DNA of 63,818 nt, filler included, from 18 parts of 18 records of this genome joined end to end with filler, not necessarily neighbours in it, one strand, 5' to 3'. Shown: positions 35,379-46,685, counted from the first letter of the whole stretch. Notes: a model not told the origin generated them from the letters alone. Translations and numbers: made by a program.

Positions 35379-36326
35379 CTATTTATTTTTTAATAATTTT
35401 TTCAATACAATTTGTGCGGCAAAGGTTCTATTATTTGCCTGTTGAATGATCAACGAACTATTGCCATCTAAAACGGCATCTGTTACCACAACATTTCTTC
35501 TTACGGGTAAACAATGCATAAACTTCCCCTGATTTGTCAAGGCCATTTTTTCAGCAGTAATCCTCCAGTTTGAAGAGGTTTCTAAAATTTGACCATATTC
35601 TATATACGAACTCCAGTTCTTTGTCGATACAAAATCAGCATTTTCCAATGCTTTTTCTTGATCGTATTCGATGGTTGCTTCTTTTGTGATTTTTGGATTT
35701 AACTCGTATCCTTTTGGATGTGTAATAACCAAATCTACCTCGTTTTTTAACATGATTTCAACAAAGGAATTGGCTACTGCATGCGGTAAAGCCTTTGGAT
35801 GCGGTGCCCAAGAAAGCACGACCTTTGGTCTTTTTTTTGTTTTATTTTCTTCAATAGTAATGGCATCTGTCAATGCTTGTAAGGGATGTCCCGTAGCACT
35901 TTCCATATTTACAATGGGTACGGATGCATATTTTTTAAAACCTTCCAAAATCTCTTCCGCATTGTCTTTTTCTTTATCTTTCAAAGAAGCAAATGCTCTA
36001 ATAGCAATGATATCGCAATATTGAGAAATTACTTGTGCGGCTTCTTTTACATGCTCTGAAGTTCCCTGATCCATAAGCGTTCCATCTTCGTATTCCAAGG
36101 TCCATCCTTCGCTACCAAAATTCATAATGGTGGTGTGCATTCCTAAATTTAAAGCAGCTTTCTGCGTACTCAAACGGGTTCTCAAACTAGGGTTGAAAAA
36201 CAACATTCCCAATGTTTTTTGGGATCCTAAAGTTTTGTATTGTAAGGGATTTTTTTTTAATTCAAGAGCTTCTGCAACCAATGTAGGCACATTTTGAATG
36301 TCTTTTATGGAGAGGTAGTTTTTCAT
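35379..36326 (-). CDS. argF: N-succinyl/N-acetyl-ornithine carbamoyltransferase (ArgF')
   Basis: FFNPSLRTRLS, HPLQALTD, WAPHPKALPHAV and MHCLPVRRN identify ArgF' rather than a canonical OTCase. Confidence 0.92.
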   Translation of the reverse strand: MKNYLSIKDIQNVPTLVAEALELKKNPLQYKTLGSQKTLGMLFFNPSLRTRLSTQKAALNLGMHTTIMNFGSEGWTLEYEDGTLMDQGTSEHVKEAAQVISQYCDIIAIRAFASLKDKEKDNAEEILEGFKKYASVPIVNMESATGHPLQALTDAITIEENKTKKRPKVVLSWAPHPKALPHAVANSFVEIMLKNEVDLVITHPKGYELNPKITKEATIEYDQEKALENADFVSTKNWSSYIEYGQILETSSNWRITAEKMALTNQGKFMHCLPVRRNVVVTDAVLDGNSSLIIQQANNRTFAAQIVLKKLLKNK

Positions 36327-36346
36327 GATTTAGTTTTTAGAAACCT

Positions 36347-36367
36347 AGTAGGTTTAGAAAACCTACT
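36347..36367. repeat. REP-like palindrome fragment at a contig end
   Basis: Hairpin with arms AGTAGGTTT / AAACCTACT. Confidence 0.45.
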
Positions 36368-36557
36368 NNNNNNNNNNNNNNNNNNNNNNNNNNNNNNNNN
36401 NNNNNNNNNNNTTAATTAATTAANNNNNNNNNNNNNNNNNNNNNNNNNNNNNNNNNNNNNNNNNNNNGATATAAATTTTGAACAATTAATAACTAAAGCT
36501 ACTTTGTTCTACAAAGTATGAGTTTGCCCTGGATATGAAACCCCTTAATTGTATATC

Positions 36558-37529
36558 TTATTTCGTAAATTGTAAATTCGTGATGTCTTCCGAAACCTTT
36601 ATTTCAACCTCTCTTCCCAAATACAACGCACGGTTTTCGTCATTATGACCCGCAGGAAAATCAAAAATAATAGGAAAATTATATTCTTTGACAACTTCTA
36701 AAATCAATTCTTCTACAGTTTGTTCAAAAGAAGGCTCATTTTTTTTGAGATCTCTCATATTTCCTACAATTAAACCTTTGCAATTTTTAAAATATCCGTT
36801 TCTTTTCAAAGCTCTTAACATTCGATCCATATGGTATTTGTATTCTCCTATTTCTTCAATAAATAAAATTTTACCTGTGGGATCAATAGAAGAATCCGTT
36901 CCTAATAAATTTTCTAAAAGAGTCAAATTTCCACCTACCAATTTCCCTTTGGCAGTTCCTTTTTTGTTATAGGAAGAACTTGGAATTGTATAGTGGAGAT
37001 TTTCTCCAAATATTGCACGCTTTAAAGTAGCGACACTTTCTATTCTGTTTTCCTCCAAGAATTCCATATTTACAGGCATCATAGCGTGTAGTGTTTCAAA
37101 ACCTAATGTATGAACATGGCTGTGTAAAACCGTAATATCTGAGTATCCGATAATCCATTTTGGATGTTTTCTGAAACGATTAAAATCCAAATTGTCTATA
37201 ATTCGAACGGTTCCATAACCACCACGAGCACACCAAATAGCTTTGATAAAAGGAGTGTCTAATGCCGATTGAAAATCTGCCAAACGATTTGCATCCGAAC
37301 CCGCAAAATGACCTTGTTTATCAAATACATGTTTGCCTATGACCACATGCAATCCCCAACTTTTAGCCAATGTTGCCGCTTGGTAAATAGGAGTTTCATT
37401 TTTAATAATTCCAGCAGGTGCCAAAATAACAATCGTATCTCCCTTTTGTAAGTAAGCAGGTGCTGTCATATTGGTGTATTGGGCTGTAGCTAGTTGTAAG
37501 CAACAGAAGAATGGTAAAAAAAGTCTCAA
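36558..37529 (-). CDS. S66 family LD-carboxypeptidase
   Basis: ARGGYG, IIGYSDIT (catalytic Ser), GGNL, ILFIEE and FPAGH motifs. Confidence 0.93.
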   Translation of the reverse strand: MRLFLPFFCCLQLATAQYTNMTAPAYLQKGDTIVILAPAGIIKNETPIYQAATLAKSWGLHVVIGKHVFDKQGHFAGSDANRLADFQSALDTPFIKAIWCARGGYGTVRIIDNLDFNRFRKHPKWIIGYSDITVLHSHVHTLGFETLHAMMPVNMEFLEENRIESVATLKRAIFGENLHYTIPSSSYNKKGTAKGKLVGGNLTLLENLLGTDSSIDPTGKILFIEEIGEYKYHMDRMLRALKRNGYFKNCKGLIVGNMRDLKKNEPSFEQTVEELILEVVKEYNFPIIFDFPAGHNDENRALYLGREVEIKVSEDITNLQFTK

Positions 37530-37622
37530 TCGTTTTATTTTTCAATTTTAACAAAAATACTTTCGTATAGGACAAAAATACAATTGCTTTATTTTCCGTT
37601 CCTAAAAAACGAGTACCTCAAA

Positions 37623-38297
37623 TTATGATAAAAGTTTGTCTGCAAAATAATTGAGCATCCTTTCTACTTCATCAAACTTGTTTTTATTTACTTTAATATC
37701 TGTGAGTTTTGGTAGATGTTTAGCAAAATAGGTATGATTGTTTGACATTTCAAATAAATTAGTGGCAAAGGCATAAGGATAACTAAAATTAGGATTTATC
37801 TCTAATACTACTTTAGAAACCAAAGTTGCCAAATCTTTATAATTTTTAAAAAATCCCTTAGAGTTTTCTTCATCCACTTCTTTGGTATGATATACTTTCA
37901 TTCCCTCAGAAATGACAACATCATGCAGTTTGTTTTCATTGACATAATCAACAGTTGGGTTTTCTATAGATGCTGAAACAAAGCAATTAATTATTATGGA
38001 TAGTTTTTCCTTAGGGTCTTTAATATTCAAAGTATTCGTCTTTATCAAATAACGAATCCATTCCCAATACCAAGATACTAAATAAACAAGCAGTAAGTGT
38101 TTGTTTTCAAAATATCTATAAATAGAAGACTCTGTTGAATTAATTTCATGAGCTAATTTTTTAAACGTAAAAGATTCAAATCCCAAATCATTTATCATCA
38201 AAATACCATGCTCAATAATTTTCCTACCTAAATTAGAATCTTGAGGTTCTTTTAAATACAAACCTTCATTCAAAGTTATTTTTATAGCAACGCTCAT
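37623..38297 (-). CDS. TetR/AcrR family transcriptional regulator
   Basis: HTH GFESFTFKKLAHEINSTESSIYRYFENKH; divergent from sulP-CA. Confidence 0.92.
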   Translation of the reverse strand: MSVAIKITLNEGLYLKEPQDSNLGRKIIEHGILMINDLGFESFTFKKLAHEINSTESSIYRYFENKHLLLVYLVSWYWEWIRYLIKTNTLNIKDPKEKLSIIINCFVSASIENPTVDYVNENKLHDVVISEGMKVYHTKEVDEENSKGFFKNYKDLATLVSKVVLEINPNFSYPYAFATNLFEMSNNHTYFAKHLPKLTDIKVNKNKFDEVERMLNYFADKLLS

Positions 38298-38320
38298 GTC
38301 TTATTATGATTTCCAAAACA

Positions 38321-38425
38321 CAAAGTTAAGCAATAGATATGAATAGTTTATATATTAATTAATGAAAGTTTTATAATAATCAATGATAGTAATACTACCT
38401 AATTTGAAAAATATTTATATATTTG
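38321..38425. promoter_or_regulatory. Divergent promoter region with a putative TetR operator
   Basis: -7 boxes TAACTTTG (minus, 38321-38328) and TATATTTG (plus, 38418-38425), with the palindrome TAGTA-A-TACTA at 38387-38397 between them. Confidence 0.55.
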
Positions 38426-38503
38426 CGAATCTCAAACAAGAAATACCAAGACCTCATTTCTTAGTAAGAAAAGAACAGGAATTAATTTTATAAAAAAGAT
38501 AGC

Positions 38504-40336
38504 ATGCGTAAACTATTTAATTTCAAGAATTTTAAAGGAGATTTGTTTGGTGGTATTACTGCTGGTATTGTGGCATTACCCCTAGCATTAGCCTTTGGGG
38601 TTAGTTCAGGTCTTGGACCGAGTGCAGGGCTTTATGGAGCAATTTTTATTAGCTTTTTTGCGGCTCTCTTCGGAGGTACGAGTACTCAAATTTCTGGACC
38701 AACTGCCCCTATGACTGCTGTTAGTATGGTAGTTATTGCGGGTATCGTTGCAACTTTTGATGGAGATATAAATAAAGCACTACCTGCTATTTTGACAGTA
38801 TTTTTATTGGCAGGATTGATGCAAATTGGCTTAGGTTTCATCGGTTTAGGAAAATATATAAAATATATACCTTACCCTGTAGTTTCTGGATTTATGACAG
38901 CCATAGGTATTATTATTTTAGTAACCCAAATTTTACCTTCTGTGGGTTATTACCCTAAAGAAGATACAGAATTTGTAACTCAGTTTAAACCCTATGCAGA
39001 GGAAATAATATTGGATAATATCTTAAAAGAAGAAGCTGGCGAAGGAATTTTAGTTTTAGAAGATTTTAAAGAAACGGTTATACGAGCAGAGAATATTACC
39101 CAAGAACAAATTCTTAAAGAATCTCAAACTTTAGCAAGTAAAGATGCTTCGGGTGTGTTAGGTGCTTTAAAAGTATTGCCAAGAGCCTTAAAAAACATCA
39201 ATTGGTTAGAATTGCTTTTAGCCTTAGGTACCATTTTTATCATTTATGGTTTTAAGCGTATTACTACAAAAGTACCAAGCACCTTAGTGGCACTTTTAGT
39301 AATGTCTGGTATTGCTATAGGCTTTGATTTAAATTACAGACCTATCGAAGAAATACCAAATGGTTTACCCATTCCTAATTTTGGGATTTTTACAGATTTT
39401 AGTCTTAATAATATTACACCTTATATCTTCACGGCATTAACATTAGCACTTTTAGGGGCCATAGATTCTCTATTGACCTCGGTTGTTGCCGATAATATGA
39501 CTAAAACAAAGCATAAACCCAATAAAGAATTAATTGGTCAAGGAATAGGAAACAGTGTTGCCGCATTATTTGGTGGTATTCCTGGGGCAGGGGCAACAAT
39601 TAGGACTGTTGTTAATATCAATGCCGGTGGAAAAACCAAATTGTCAGGTATGATGGCAGGTGTATTACTTCTTATTATTTTATTGGCTTTAGGACCCGTT
39701 GCATCTCAAATTCCATCTGCTGTTTTAGCAGGAATATTAATCACTGTTGGTATTGGTGTCATGGACTATAAAGGTCTTAAAGCAATCCCTTATATACCTC
39801 GTCCAGAGGTAATAATAATGCTCATTGTATTAGTACTATCTTCTGTATGGAATTTAGTATATGCCGTTGGAATAGGCTTAATAATAGCTTCATTAATGTT
39901 TATGAAAAAAATTGGGGATTTAACAGCCGAGCATTCAAATATAAAATCTCTGAAAAAGGAAAAGGCTTGGTCTGATGAAATTGATTTTCCAAAAAGTTTA
40001 GAAGAAGAAGTTTTTATTAAACATATTAAAGGACCGTTGTTTTTTGGCTCTACAAGTGATTTTCAACAACTCATGAAACAAATTCCAGATACCGCATCTA
40101 CCATCATTATAAGAATGGGAAGAATGCAGTATATAGACCAATCTGGACTGTATGCCTTAGAAGATTCGTTAATAAGTATCACTAAAGAAGGTAAAAAAGT
40201 ACTTTTAGTTGATGTTTTAAAACAACCTAAATATTTACTTGAACGTATTGATATTATTCCAGATTTAGTTCCAAAAGACCAATTATTTGATAGTTTCGAT
40301 GACTGTTTGGTTTGGTTAAAAAAGAATCCTAAATAA
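38504..40336 (+). CDS. SulP/SLC26 anion (probably bicarbonate) transporter with STAS domain
   Basis: GDLFGGITAGIVALPLALAFG, QISGPTAPM, NKELIGQGIGN and STAS motifs GPLFFG and YIDQSG. Confidence 0.95.
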   Translation: MRKLFNFKNFKGDLFGGITAGIVALPLALAFGVSSGLGPSAGLYGAIFISFFAALFGGTSTQISGPTAPMTAVSMVVIAGIVATFDGDINKALPAILTVFLLAGLMQIGLGFIGLGKYIKYIPYPVVSGFMTAIGIIILVTQILPSVGYYPKEDTEFVTQFKPYAEEIILDNILKEEAGEGILVLEDFKETVIRAENITQEQILKESQTLASKDASGVLGALKVLPRALKNINWLELLLALGTIFIIYGFKRITTKVPSTLVALLVMSGIAIGFDLNYRPIEEIPNGLPIPNFGIFTDFSLNNITPYIFTALTLALLGAIDSLLTSVVADNMTKTKHKPNKELIGQGIGNSVAALFGGIPGAGATIRTVVNINAGGKTKLSGMMAGVLLLIILLALGPVASQIPSAVLAGILITVGIGVMDYKGLKAIPYIPRPEVIIMLIVLVLSSVWNLVYAVGIGLIIASLMFMKKIGDLTAEHSNIKSLKKEKAWSDEIDFPKSLEEEVFIKHIKGPLFFGSTSDFQQLMKQIPDTASTIIIRMGRMQYIDQSGLYALEDSLISITKEGKKVLLVDVLKQPKYLLERIDIIPDLVPKDQLFDSFDDCLVWLKKNPK

Positions 40337-40357
40337 ATGCCCCAAAATAAAGAATAG

Positions 40358-40972
40358 ATGAAAACACAAACAAAAATAACACAGGAGAACCTTAGCCCAA
40401 GTGATGCACATAAAATATTGGTAGAAGGAAACAAAAGATTTGTACAAAACTTAAAAGCACAAAGAAACTTACAAGACCAAGTTTCGGAAACCAGTAAAGG
40501 ACAATACCCTTTTGCTGTCATATTAAGTTGTATAGATTCTAGAGTTCCTGCTGAATTAGTTTTTGACCAAGGTATTGGAGATATTTTTAGTGTAAGAGTC
40601 GCAGGCAATATTATTAATGAAGATGTATTAGGGTCTATGGAATATGCTTGTAAAGTTGCAGGCTCAAAAATCGTTGTTGTTATGGGGCATACAAAATGTG
40701 GAGCTGTAACTGCCGCTTGTAAGAATGTAGAATTAGGCAATATTACATCCCTGTTAAACAAGATTAAACCTGCTGTTGAAATCATTAAAAAGAATACTAC
40801 AGAGATGAGTGACAGTACCATTGAAGATGTTTCTGTTCAGAATGTAAGATTATCTATCGAAAGGATTAGAAAGGAAAGCCCAATTCTTTTAGAAATGGAG
40901 AATAAGGGGGAAATAGAAATCGTTGGCTCTTTGTACAATGTAAATAATGGGAAAGTTATCTTTTATGACTGA
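40358..40972 (+). CDS. Beta-class carbonic anhydrase
   Basis: Zinc-ligand motifs SCIDSRVP and GHTKCGAV; RVAGN. Confidence 0.96.
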   Translation: MKTQTKITQENLSPSDAHKILVEGNKRFVQNLKAQRNLQDQVSETSKGQYPFAVILSCIDSRVPAELVFDQGIGDIFSVRVAGNIINEDVLGSMEYACKVAGSKIVVVMGHTKCGAVTAACKNVELGNITSLLNKIKPAVEIIKKNTTEMSDSTIEDVSVQNVRLSIERIRKESPILLEMENKGEIEIVGSLYNVNNGKVIFYD

Positions 40973-41029
40973 AAATAAAAATACTGCTCCCCTTAGGCAA
41001 TATGGCAAATATACTAGACCGTTGCACGG

Positions 41030-41054
41030 TATACGCCGCCCAGTTAGAAACCCG
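41030..41054 (+). repeat. Dispersed bacterial repeat copy
   Basis: TATACGCCGCCCAGTTAGAAACCCG, about 30 nt from the contig end. Confidence 0.85.
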
Positions 41055-41374
41055 TTTTTTTTGTCTTGCAGTTAGGTTGTCTTGCNNNNNNNNNNNNNNN
41101 NNNNNNNNNNNNNNNNNNNNNNNNNNNNNTTAATTAATTAANNNNNNNNNNNNNNNNNNNNNNNNNNNNNNNNNNNNNNNNNNNNCTAAGTTCAATATTT
41201 CTCATGAAGAAAAAAGTTTTTCACAGGGCGAATATTATTTAATTTACGCCCTTGGAGTTTCTTATAGCATAAAGTTTAAATAACAGTCTGTAATTTTTAA
41301 TTTAGGAGAATATACTCCATCCAAATCCCTTTTTGGAAAATTTATACTCCTATTTATATTTCATAGGGGTATGT

Positions 41375-44080
41375 CTAGAAATTAAACTTTAGAGACAAAT
41401 TGTAAATCGTTCCTAAAATACTAAAATGAGAACCATTGTAGGTTGTTTGACTGTATCGTTGATTGAACGTAATCAAGTTGGATTGCGTTTTTACCATAGA
41501 AGGATCATTTAACAAGGTTGCCCCAGTCGAATTTAAAGCGATAAATTTCCATTCAGGAAGTATATTTAAAAGATTGTTTACCTTAAAAGTAAGGGCTGTA
41601 TTTTTAGTTATTTGGTAGTTAACTCCAAGATTTGTGATTCTTTTTGGGGAGAATTTGACAGCTAAATCAGTACTCATACCCTCATTTCTAAATGTAGCAT
41701 CTCCAAATAGCGTATTTGTCAAATTGAAATTGAATTTTGAAATATGATAATCAATTCCTAAGATAGTTTTGTATTTAGGACGTGCGGTAAAAATCAAAGC
41801 TTGCATTTCATCGTTGAAAATTGTTTGCCCCGTTTCTTCAATAATCTCAGGATTGTTTACTTTTCCATCCAGCTTATTTACTAAAGAGATATTTCCTGAA
41901 AGGTTCAAGTCTAAAGTTCCATTTCCCAGAGGATGGTTTTTATAGCTAGCAACAAGATCTAAACCAGAAGTTTGGGTATCTATTGCATTGGCAAAGAAGT
42001 TGAAACCTTTAATGTCATTCGCATCCAAAAAAGCGTCCAAATCGGTATCAGCGGCATCTGTTGATCCAATAGGATTGCTCAATACAATTCTATCTGAAAT
42101 ACGGATGTCGTAATAATCAATCGTAATGCTTAGGTTGTTTGTTGGTTTAATTCCAATTCCGATCGTGTAACTCAAGGAACTTTCAGGAATTAAACTAGGA
42201 ATTCCTAATTGTTTCGCTTTTGCTGAGACATTATCTAGAAGCAATTCTTTTTGAATTCCTTGACCTGCTACAAAACTGTATTGTAATTTTTGCGTATAGG
42301 TTTGATGTAAAGAAGGAGCTTTGAATCCTGTAGAAACAGAAGCTCGCAAACTTATCATGTCCTCTAAAAACTTGAAGCGTGAACTTAGTTTCCACACAAA
42401 ATCGTTTCCAAAATCACTATAATCTTCAAATCGAACGGTACCGTTGATTAATAAATCGTCTGTAATATCGTAAGCTAGATCTAGATACCCTCCAAAATTA
42501 TAGCGGTTGGTCGCAAATGAATTTTCAGGAGTATATCCAGAAAAGGAATCACTTCCTCCACCTTCCCAAGAAGCAAGGTCTCCTTCAAGGGTTTCAAAAT
42601 TTTCAATTCTAAACTCGGTTCCTAGAGCGATGCTGATATTTTCAGTTAACAATTTTGAAAGATCGATGTTTCCGATATGATTTGAAAATTTTAAACCTCC
42701 AGCATGAAATAGAATAGGGCTATTTTTTTGGTATTTTGGGGTAACATCATCTTCTAAAAAAGTAACCTCAGAACGATTGACACTGTTGGAAACCGTATAG
42801 ATTTGTGTATTACCACCCGTTGTAAAACTTACCTCTGTATGCCAACCCTTTTTTTGGGATTTGATACCGATGGTCGCATTGTAATCGTTTAAGTCTCCGT
42901 TAAATCCAGGATGGTAACCAATATACTCATCTCCCGAAGTCAACAAACCCCAATCTGTCTTTTTCCAATACGGAGTTCTATAATTGGCAAAACTATTTAT
43001 TTTTTTGTAGACGTAGGCTGCATTGAAATACAATTTCGTTTGTTCCTCCAAATCGAAACCTCCGTTAATTAAAAAATTAACGGCGGCTTTTTCTGGAGTT
43101 CCATTGATGTTTTTTGCATCAGGATACTTTGAAAGAAATTCTTCAACTTTAGTGATATCAACACTAAAATCGGTTGCTTCACCTAAAGCATCTACAGTCC
43201 CGGGTCGGTTTGAAATCTCACTTTTAGAGACCTCAACAGTATAGTTCAGAAAACCCGTTGTTCCTATTTTAGCTCCTTTGTTGATACTGATGTTCCTATA
43301 TTCTCCATCACCTTGAGAGGTTATTCCTGTTCTCATATGCATCGAATGTTCACGGATATTCTTTTTTAAGATGATGTTTACAACGCCTGCAATGGCATCC
43401 GATCCATACTGAGCAGAAGCACCATCTCTTAATATTTCTACACGTTCAATAGCATCTATTGGAATCGCAGAAATATCTACCCCAGTTTCTCCTCTTCCTA
43501 CAGTAGAATAAGTGTATATCAGAGCACTCGAATTTTTACGTTTTCCGTTGATCAAAACCAAGGTACGGCTTGATCCAAGATTTCTAATTTCGAAAGGATC
43601 CAATAATGATGTAGCATCACTCACAGGTGTTTGAACCGTATGGAAGGAAGGTACCATATATTGTAATGCTTTGTCTAAGGTAGTTTCTCCTGATAGTTGT
43701 AACTCTTTTGTGCCAATAATATCTACAGGTAAAGAGGTTGAGGTATTGCTCCTTGATATAGATCGTAATCCCACGACAATAATTTCATTTAAAAATTTTG
43801 CTCCTTTTTCTAAGATGATATGAAGTTCTTTGTTTGAATTGATTTGAATTTCTTGGGAAACATATCCTAAATACCTTATTTGTAAAATAGCGTTGTCCTT
43901 TGAAGTGTTGATTGAAAATTGACCCTTTGAATCTGAAGTGACACCATTAGAAGTATCTTTTTCCAAAATACTTGCACCAAAAAAAGGGGTTTGATTACGA
44001 TCGGTTACAATACCTGTTACTTTTTGTTGTGCTAGGCAAATAGAAGTACCTAGGAATAGTAAATAAAGACTTTTTTTCAT
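41375..44080 (-). CDS. TonB-dependent outer-membrane receptor
   Basis: Signal peptide MKKSLYLLFLG, CarboxypepD_reg-like N-domain, plug motif IERVEILRDGASAQYGSDAIAGVVNIILK and terminal Phe. The track start at 44131 overlaps a repeat copy, so 44080 is preferred. Confidence 0.93.
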   Translation of the reverse strand: MKKSLYLLFLGTSICLAQQKVTGIVTDRNQTPFFGASILEKDTSNGVTSDSKGQFSINTSKDNAILQIRYLGYVSQEIQINSNKELHIILEKGAKFLNEIIVVGLRSISRSNTSTSLPVDIIGTKELQLSGETTLDKALQYMVPSFHTVQTPVSDATSLLDPFEIRNLGSSRTLVLINGKRKNSSALIYTYSTVGRGETGVDISAIPIDAIERVEILRDGASAQYGSDAIAGVVNIILKKNIREHSMHMRTGITSQGDGEYRNISINKGAKIGTTGFLNYTVEVSKSEISNRPGTVDALGEATDFSVDITKVEEFLSKYPDAKNINGTPEKAAVNFLINGGFDLEEQTKLYFNAAYVYKKINSFANYRTPYWKKTDWGLLTSGDEYIGYHPGFNGDLNDYNATIGIKSQKKGWHTEVSFTTGGNTQIYTVSNSVNRSEVTFLEDDVTPKYQKNSPILFHAGGLKFSNHIGNIDLSKLLTENISIALGTEFRIENFETLEGDLASWEGGGSDSFSGYTPENSFATNRYNFGGYLDLAYDITDDLLINGTVRFEDYSDFGNDFVWKLSSRFKFLEDMISLRASVSTGFKAPSLHQTYTQKLQYSFVAGQGIQKELLLDNVSAKAKQLGIPSLIPESSLSYTIGIGIKPTNNLSITIDYYDIRISDRIVLSNPIGSTDAADTDLDAFLDANDIKGFNFFANAIDTQTSGLDLVASYKNHPLGNGTLDLNLSGNISLVNKLDGKVNNPEIIEETGQTIFNDEMQALIFTARPKYKTILGIDYHISKFNFNLTNTLFGDATFRNEGMSTDLAVKFSPKRITNLGVNYQITKNTALTFKVNNLLNILPEWKFIALNSTGATLLNDPSMVKTQSNLITFNQRYSQTTYNGSHFSILGTIYNLSLKFNF

Positions 44081-44102
44081 CGGTTTATAATTTTTGTTTT
44101 TA

Positions 44103-44124
44103 GTTTCTAACCAGGTGGAGTATA
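44103..44124 (-). repeat. Dispersed bacterial repeat copy
   Basis: TATACTCCACCTGGTTAGAAAC on the minus strand, just upstream of the TonB receptor start. Confidence 0.8.
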
Positions 44125-44594
44125 TATTCATTTAATAGGTCGTTTTATAGGGTACATCACAAAAGTCTATGGACAGACTCCATTTTAAAAATCCAAATCA
44201 TAATAAGCTTCCCCATTTTCAAGAGCCTTTTGGAATTTTTCAAAAGNNNNNNNNNNNNNNNNNNNNNNNNNNNNNNNNNNNNNNNNNNNNTTAATTAATT
44301 AANNNNNNNNNNNNNNNNNNNNNNNNNNNNNNNNNNNNNNNNNNNNTATTCTTAATTATAAAATACTGGTTGTCAATTAAATTAAAATTGTACGACCGTT
44401 TTCAAGAATTTCTGAAAAATATTAAAATAATTAGGCTAAGTTATTAATAAACAAAATTTTAATAAACAATAATTAAAAAAACATGAGATTTATAAGAAAA
44501 GACGAGATTTATAAGTTATCAACACATAAATACCAATATCAGCAAAGTTGCTATGATAAAATCAGTTATTAATTAACCTTAAAATAAAAAGATA

Positions 44595-46584
44595 ATGTCA
44601 TATTATTATAAAAGAATTATAACGGTTATTTTTACTTTAATTTGTGTTTTTACATTTGGACAAACGAAACAAAAGGAGGAAGAGTTCTTTAAAAAGAACC
44701 CATTTACATTTCAAGAAAATTATAGTACTTGGGCGGTAGGTGCTGGTTTTAGTAATTTGATTATGCATGGAGATTTTAGATCTTTAGGGACGGCTAATGG
44801 TGAAAAGTATTTTAATGCGGGTGGTTATTTGTATGTAAATAAGATGTTCAATCCAATATTAGGTGTTGAATTTAAGTTGAATTACTCTCAGTTAGGTGCC
44901 TCAGGACAGTATTTATCAAGGGGTTATGAAGTGTTATATGCAGATGGATTTGAGAGTGAAGATTTGTATATGGATGGAATCTCTTATGGAGCGGAATCCA
45001 GTATGATTATCAACCTTAGTAATTTTTGGAGACAACGTAGCCATAAATGGAACTTTAGCTATCGTCTTGGGATGGGCTACCAGAGGTATACCTCAAAATT
45101 AATTGTTACAGAGACAGGTTATGTAATTCCAGGTACGAATTATGAGCATAACGAAAATAGAAAAAATGGAGATCATGCAAGTTCTGTTTTTTTAAATACA
45201 GGTTTAAACCTTAAATATCGATTGAATAGAAAACTTGATGTAGAATTGCGTACTTCTATTTATTTAAATAATGAAGATGATTTTGATGCAGCAATTACTC
45301 AAAAACAAAGCTATGAGACTTTTTTTGTAACCAATATTGGTGTTGTTTATAAATTTGGAAAGAAAGATAAAAACTATGCTGTTTGGTTTCAAGACAACGA
45401 TGAATTTGACCCTTTTCAATTAGTTGACAGTGATAATGATGGTGTTGGAGATTTATTTGATAAAGAAGCAAATACTCCTGAAGGAGAAGAAGTTTATGGT
45501 AGTGGAATAGCAATTGATAGTGATAAAGATGGTTTACAAGATTATAAAGATAAATGTCCACTGAAACCAGGTTTCATCCAAAATAAAGGTTGTCCACTTA
45601 TTATTGAACAAAGAACATTACTTTCTAGAATTGTATATTTTAAAGAAGATAGTGATCAATTAAAAGAAGAATCTTACAACCCTTTAAATGAGATTTTAAG
45701 AACGATGAATGCGTATCCTCAATCTAAATACAAAATTGAAGGTTATACAGATAGTAAAGGAAAAGTGACTTATAATCTAAATTTATCGAAAAGAAGAGCC
45801 CAATCCGTTTATAATTATTTAGTGGAAAAAAATATTGATGCAGATAGGATTACTTTTCAAGGTTTCGGAAAGGAAAAACCAATTGATACAAATAAAACGG
45901 AAGAAGGTCGTCAATCTAATAGACGTGTAGAAATTAATTTTATAAATCCAAATTCCAAAGAAGGGAAACTGGTTTATGATCCAGGGGTTTCATTTACAAA
46001 AGAAACGATTGTAAGTGGTGAATCATTACAAAATATTTCTAAGTTATCCAATATGATTTTAGATACAGATGGGGATGGGGTAGCAGATATTTACGATAAA
46101 GAACCGAATACTTCTAAAGCTTCTAGAGTTTATGGAGATGGTGTTTCGGTGGATTCCGATGGAGATAACGTACCCGATTATAAAGATAGCTGTCCTTTTG
46201 AAAAAGGATTTATGGAAATGAATGGGTGTCCTTTTGACATAGGGGATACTTCTGGTCCAAGTGTCAATAAATCAAAGATCAATCCTGAAGAGAAAGATAC
46301 AGATGGGGTAGTAGATATTTATGACGAAGAGTTAGATACACCTCCCAATAGTAAAAGTGTACACGAATGGAATCTCTTTTGATAGAGATGGAGATGGTAT
46401 TCCAGATTATAAGGATCGTTGTCCATTCATAAACGGGAGTATCTCTAATGATGGGTGTCCTGTAGATGGAGATTCAGACAGTGATGGAGTTGTAGATAGT
46501 AGAGATTTATGTCCTCGTGAAAAAGGAGAAATTGCAAACAAGGGTTGTCCAGATCGAAAAGTAACCATGTCAAAGATCAATTGA
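44595..46584 (+). pseudogene. OmpA-family protein with thrombospondin type-3 (Ca-binding) repeats, frameshifted
   Basis: N-terminal beta-barrel, DxDxDGVxDxxDxCP repeats and an OmpA C-domain (NLNLSKRRA, NRRVE). An extra A in the run at 46353-46356 splits SK-VYTNGIS between ORFs 44595-46382 and 46357-46584. Confidence 0.75.
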
Positions 46585-46591
46585 ACGATGT

Positions 46592-46643
46592 TCCACCCAC
46601 TTAGAAACCTAAATTTTTAATAGTTTCTAACCGGGCAGAGTAT
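46592..46643. repeat. Inverted pair of the dispersed repeat (minimal MITE-like unit)
   Basis: TCCACCCACTTAGAAAC (46592-46608), a 14-nt spacer, then GTTTCTAACCGGGCAGAGTAT (46623-46643). Confidence 0.75.
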
Positions 46644-46685
46644 TATAAATAAACCCAAAAAAATAAGAACAACTTTTAACGGTTC

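Noticed and set aside
40063-40821. 252-aa minus-strand ORF and similar antisense ORFs inside rpoB, rpoC, tuf, lpx and arg genes
   Set aside because: Shadow frames of well-supported genes on the opposite strand.
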